From positions 631,764 to 695,763 of the forward strand of contig NW_003314295.1 in the NCBI RefSeq assembly GCF_000143415.4: a DNA stretch of 64,000 bases. The letters are read 5' to 3'. Shown piece after piece: positions 61,000 through 64,000 of this stretch (positions are counted from its first letter, which is position 1; every line of letters starts with the position of its first letter). The notes under the pieces were generated by a model, which saw only the letters and a program-made list of their open reading frames with translations, ran no database searches and was not told the DNA's origin. The translations under genes were made by a program, and so were the position numbers. The stretch is from Selaginella moellendorffii. Taxonomy: Eukaryota; Plantae; Lycopodiophyta.

Positions 61000-62284
61000 T
61001 GAATACATATTTATTTCTATTTTATAAATCATAATCACTTAGAGTTTCTAAAATTAAAGGCTTTAGAAGTCTTCTTGACAAATGCAAGGTGAATCTTCCC
61101 CACAATACTAATATAAAAGGAGGCATAAAAGGAATCAATATGTTTATGATGAGGCAGAAGAAAGTTAATTGCATTTTTACATGAAAATGAAAAACTTGTT
61201 ATATGTCAGATGGTAACAATGTCAAATGTCTGTGATAGCATCAGATGTTAGTGATAGTGTCAGATATCATAATTGTAAATTGTCATTCTCACATATCACT
61301 ATCACTCTATAGCACTTGTGTGTTGCCATCTCATCTTTCAATATCTTATAAATAATTATAAGTGAAATGAACATCATTTATGTGGCAATTGTGGCAGTGC
61401 TCAAGAAACTATTCAAGCATATAGAAATGAATTTTTGACCCAAGAAAAAATGGCATATTAAGCACTTTAGAATCAAACTTTTAGTGTGTTCATTAGTTCC
61501 CATTAAACTAGAATGACTATTGTGTTGATCTAAAGGCTGGCAAGAGAGCTTACACATTTTCTTCTTTTGAGTCATTCCTAAACTGAATACTACACTTCTA
61601 ATATCTTATTTGTTATAATTGTTTTATAGTGAATATTCCACTCTAGAATAAGATATGTTACCTACAACTAATATCACAAACATGGAGTGAAGGAGGTGCT
61701 AATTGTTATACAAGTAAATCCAATGCTAAAGGTTGAAAAGGTTATTTCTTGTGAGCCAATTTCTCATATCAACTAAGCAACTTGAAGAGTTAGTGCCAAA
61801 AGCAATGCATGTTACTTTAGAATGATTAGAAATTGAGTTAGAGTCTTGCATTTGTGCATTCAAATTTAAGGTTTTTAACAGTGCCATGTTTCTAGGGCTA
61901 TCAAGATCTAAGGGTAAAGGGCTGCTAGTCAAGTTGGATTTAATATTATAGGATTTATAATACTTATACAAGCCAAATCCACAACTCAATTATTTTAAAG
62001 CCAGATTCCATGCCAAAGAAGTGGCTAATTGATTGAAGTTATAATCTTTTGAAAGAAGAGATTAAAAGTTTGGAGGAATAAGTTTCAAGTTAAAGACTTC
62101 CTCAAATATTGTTATTGATGCTACTATACCACCAATATTAACATTAGACTAGTATACATAATTAGCTAGAAATGAGAAAACTGTATAATATATGTTTTCC
62201 ATTTCAAAAGGTGTCCAAGAAAAGATCAAGCTAACAAAGGAGTTAAAATATATCACAAGGACATTGGTGCTATGGTTAAAGAAT

Positions 62285-62380
62285 GGGCTACTCCCCTTTA
62301 GAGATATCAATATCTTCATTGACTATTGACTAACAACCCCTACTGAGCTAAAGGGAACTAGCATTTCCATTTCCACATTG
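62285..62380 (-). repeat. Inverted fragment of the same TRIM family (interior/PPT), target of the terminal chromovirus
   Basis: The reverse complement matches ~60745-60847. Confidence 0.7.
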
Positions 62381-64000
62381 TGTCAAGACCCCCAACAAGA
62401 TCAAGACTGGAAAATGCTAAAGACAAAGAGAAAAAGCTAGTGAAAACAAAGAAAAAGCCTTAGACTGGTGTTGATTCAGATTGTGGAGAAATGGAACAAG
62501 GCTAACCTATATATACTATAGGTTGATGAAGCTCCACCACTCTTGGATCGAGGACGGCCTAAATATAGCTGAGGTCGAGGAGGTGCCACATCATCATCAG
62601 GAATGTGGCTCGAGACTCAGGAATCGGGAAGTGTCTCGAGAGTCAGGAATAGGGAAATGTCTCGAGAGTCAGGAATAGGGAAGTGTCTCGAGAGTCAAGA
62701 ATAGGGAAGTGTCTCAAGAGTCAGGAATATGATCTGCAGGTTAGGAATCCGGCGAGAGTCAGGAATGTGGCAAGAATTGGGGGATTCCTGACAGCACCCC
62801 CTCCTCAAGAACGAGTGGAACGAGGATGTGAACGAGAACGAAGAGGAGGATGAGATGAGCGGCGAGGGATGGAAGATGGAGAAAAAGAATGAGAACTAGG
62901 ACGAGAAGGATAGCGGCAGTGGAAGTCCTGAACAAGGTCAGGAGAATGAATCAGGTTGTCCGCAGGTTCCCAAGTGCGTTCCTCAGGTCTGTAACCCTTC
63001 CAGTCCACCAGATAGTAGAGTTTAGACCATGAAATCTTGGAATCAAGGATGTCCTGAACCTCGTACTTAGACCCATCCTCGAGCTGCACTGGTGGAGGCG
63101 GAGGAATGACCCGATTTGGAATAGGACTGGGAATATAAGGCTCAAGGAGAGAGGAGTGAAAAACGGGGTGAATTTGATATGAGGGAAGTGCAAGGCGATA
63201 AGTCACAGGATTAATGATGGCAGTGATAGGGAAAGGACCAAGACGTTTGAAATCGAGTTTTGGACAGGGCCTGGTGGTGGAGATATTTCGCCTGAGGAGC
63301 CAGACTTTATCCCCGATATTGTAAGGGGGACAATCCTGACGATGGACATTGGCAAATGTTTTATGAGATTCCTGAGCACGATGGAGATGGAAGGAGATGG
63401 AGTTGTGGATTTCCTGGAGGTTGGAGATAAATGCCTCAGAGCGGGGATTTGAACGGGAGGATTCAGATGGAGAAGGAAGTGAAAGATTGAATCGGGGATT
63501 TCGGCCAGAGTTCGCAAAGAAGGGGGAAACTCGAAGAGAGGAGTGAACAGAGTTGTTATAGGAGAACTCAGCAAGGGGAAGGATATCGAACCAGTTATCC
63601 TGATGATAGTTGATGAAGCACCTCAAGAATTGTTCCAACGTCTGAATCGTTCGCTTGGACTGCCCATCAGTTTGAGGATGATATGCCGAAGAGAGGTTGG
63701 CCTTCACTCCAAGCAGCTGCAAAAACCGTTGCCAGAAATGAGAGATGAACTGAGGCCCCCGATCCGAAACCACATCTGTAGGAATCCCATGAAGTCGGAA
63801 AATTTCCCTGAATACCAGTTTTGCCATGTCCTCGCCCGAAAACTCCTTGGTACATGGCAAGAAGTGCGCCATCTTTGTGAAGCAATTGAATTCGCAAGGA
63901 CCTGAAGGGACCGGAAGGGAACGAAGCAAACCTGAGGGAAGGTGGCGAGGTACCTTATTCCGGGCACAAGTGTCACAGGAGGTAACAAAAGCTTTGATGT
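62381..64000 (-). mobile_element. Chromovirus (possibly Tcn1-like) 3' part: integrase-chromodomain, PPT and 413-bp 3' LTR (62381-62793); continues beyond the window
   Basis: LTR TGTCAGG...CTTGACA contains ~26-bp tandem repeats. PPT is GAGGAGGGGG. Confidence 0.9.
62805..63929 (-). CDS. Integrase core + GPF + chromodomain of the terminal chromovirus (partial)
   Basis: VSDRGPQF, YHPQTDGQSKR (catalytic E replaced by K), LGPF, YEVQDIL, YLVDWKGY and TWEP. Confidence 0.88.
   Translation of the reverse strand: MLRSLPVPSGPCEFNCFTKMAHFLPCTKEFSGEDMAKLVFREIFRLHGIPTDVVSDRGPQFISHFWQRFLQLLGVKANLSSAYHPQTDGQSKRTIQTLEQFLRCFINYHQDNWFDILPLAEFSYNNSVHSSLRVSPFFANSGRNPRFNLSLPSPSESSRSNPRSEAFISNLQEIHNSISFHLHRAQESHKTFANVHRQDCPPYNIGDKVWLLRRNISTTRPCPKLDFKRLGPFPITAIINPVTYRLALPSYQIHPVFHSSLLEPYIPSPIPNRVIPPPPPVQLEDGSKYEVQDILDSKISWSKLYYLVDWKGYRPEERTWEPADNLIHSPDLVQDFHCRYPSRPSSHSFSPSSIPRRSSHPPLRSRSHPRSTRS

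Overview
This is plant nuclear DNA. The very short GT-AG introns, extreme gene density and GC-rich intronless PLS-PPR gene suggest a lycophyte such as Selaginella (inference). Bases 1 to ~28.9 kb are gene-dense and encode an OXS3-family protein, phosphoserine phosphatase, Elongin C, Kish/TMEM167, THIM, OHP1, a tandem SLT/lysozyme-like protein, a TPR protein, a small HMA-like protein, U6 snRNA with its USE/TATA promoter, a PPR-DYW protein with a broken deaminase motif, a PFA-DSP phosphatase, an RGLG E3 ligase, a frameshifted F-box/LRR gene and a D-type cyclin. From ~29 kb to the end is an AT-rich transposon block containing a four-level nest, resolved by target-site duplications: MULE-like transposase relic > Cassandra-like TRIM with 5S-rRNA-derived LTRs > non-chromoviral Ty3/Gypsy with extra ORFs > very young chromovirus. 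The two strongest observations are (1) two short spliceosomal-type introns inside the integrase of the young chromovirus, whose removal restores HPQTDGQTER and QRFAGPY, and (2) the Cassandra-like 5S-bearing TRIM. All homology calls come from motif recognition, not database searches.
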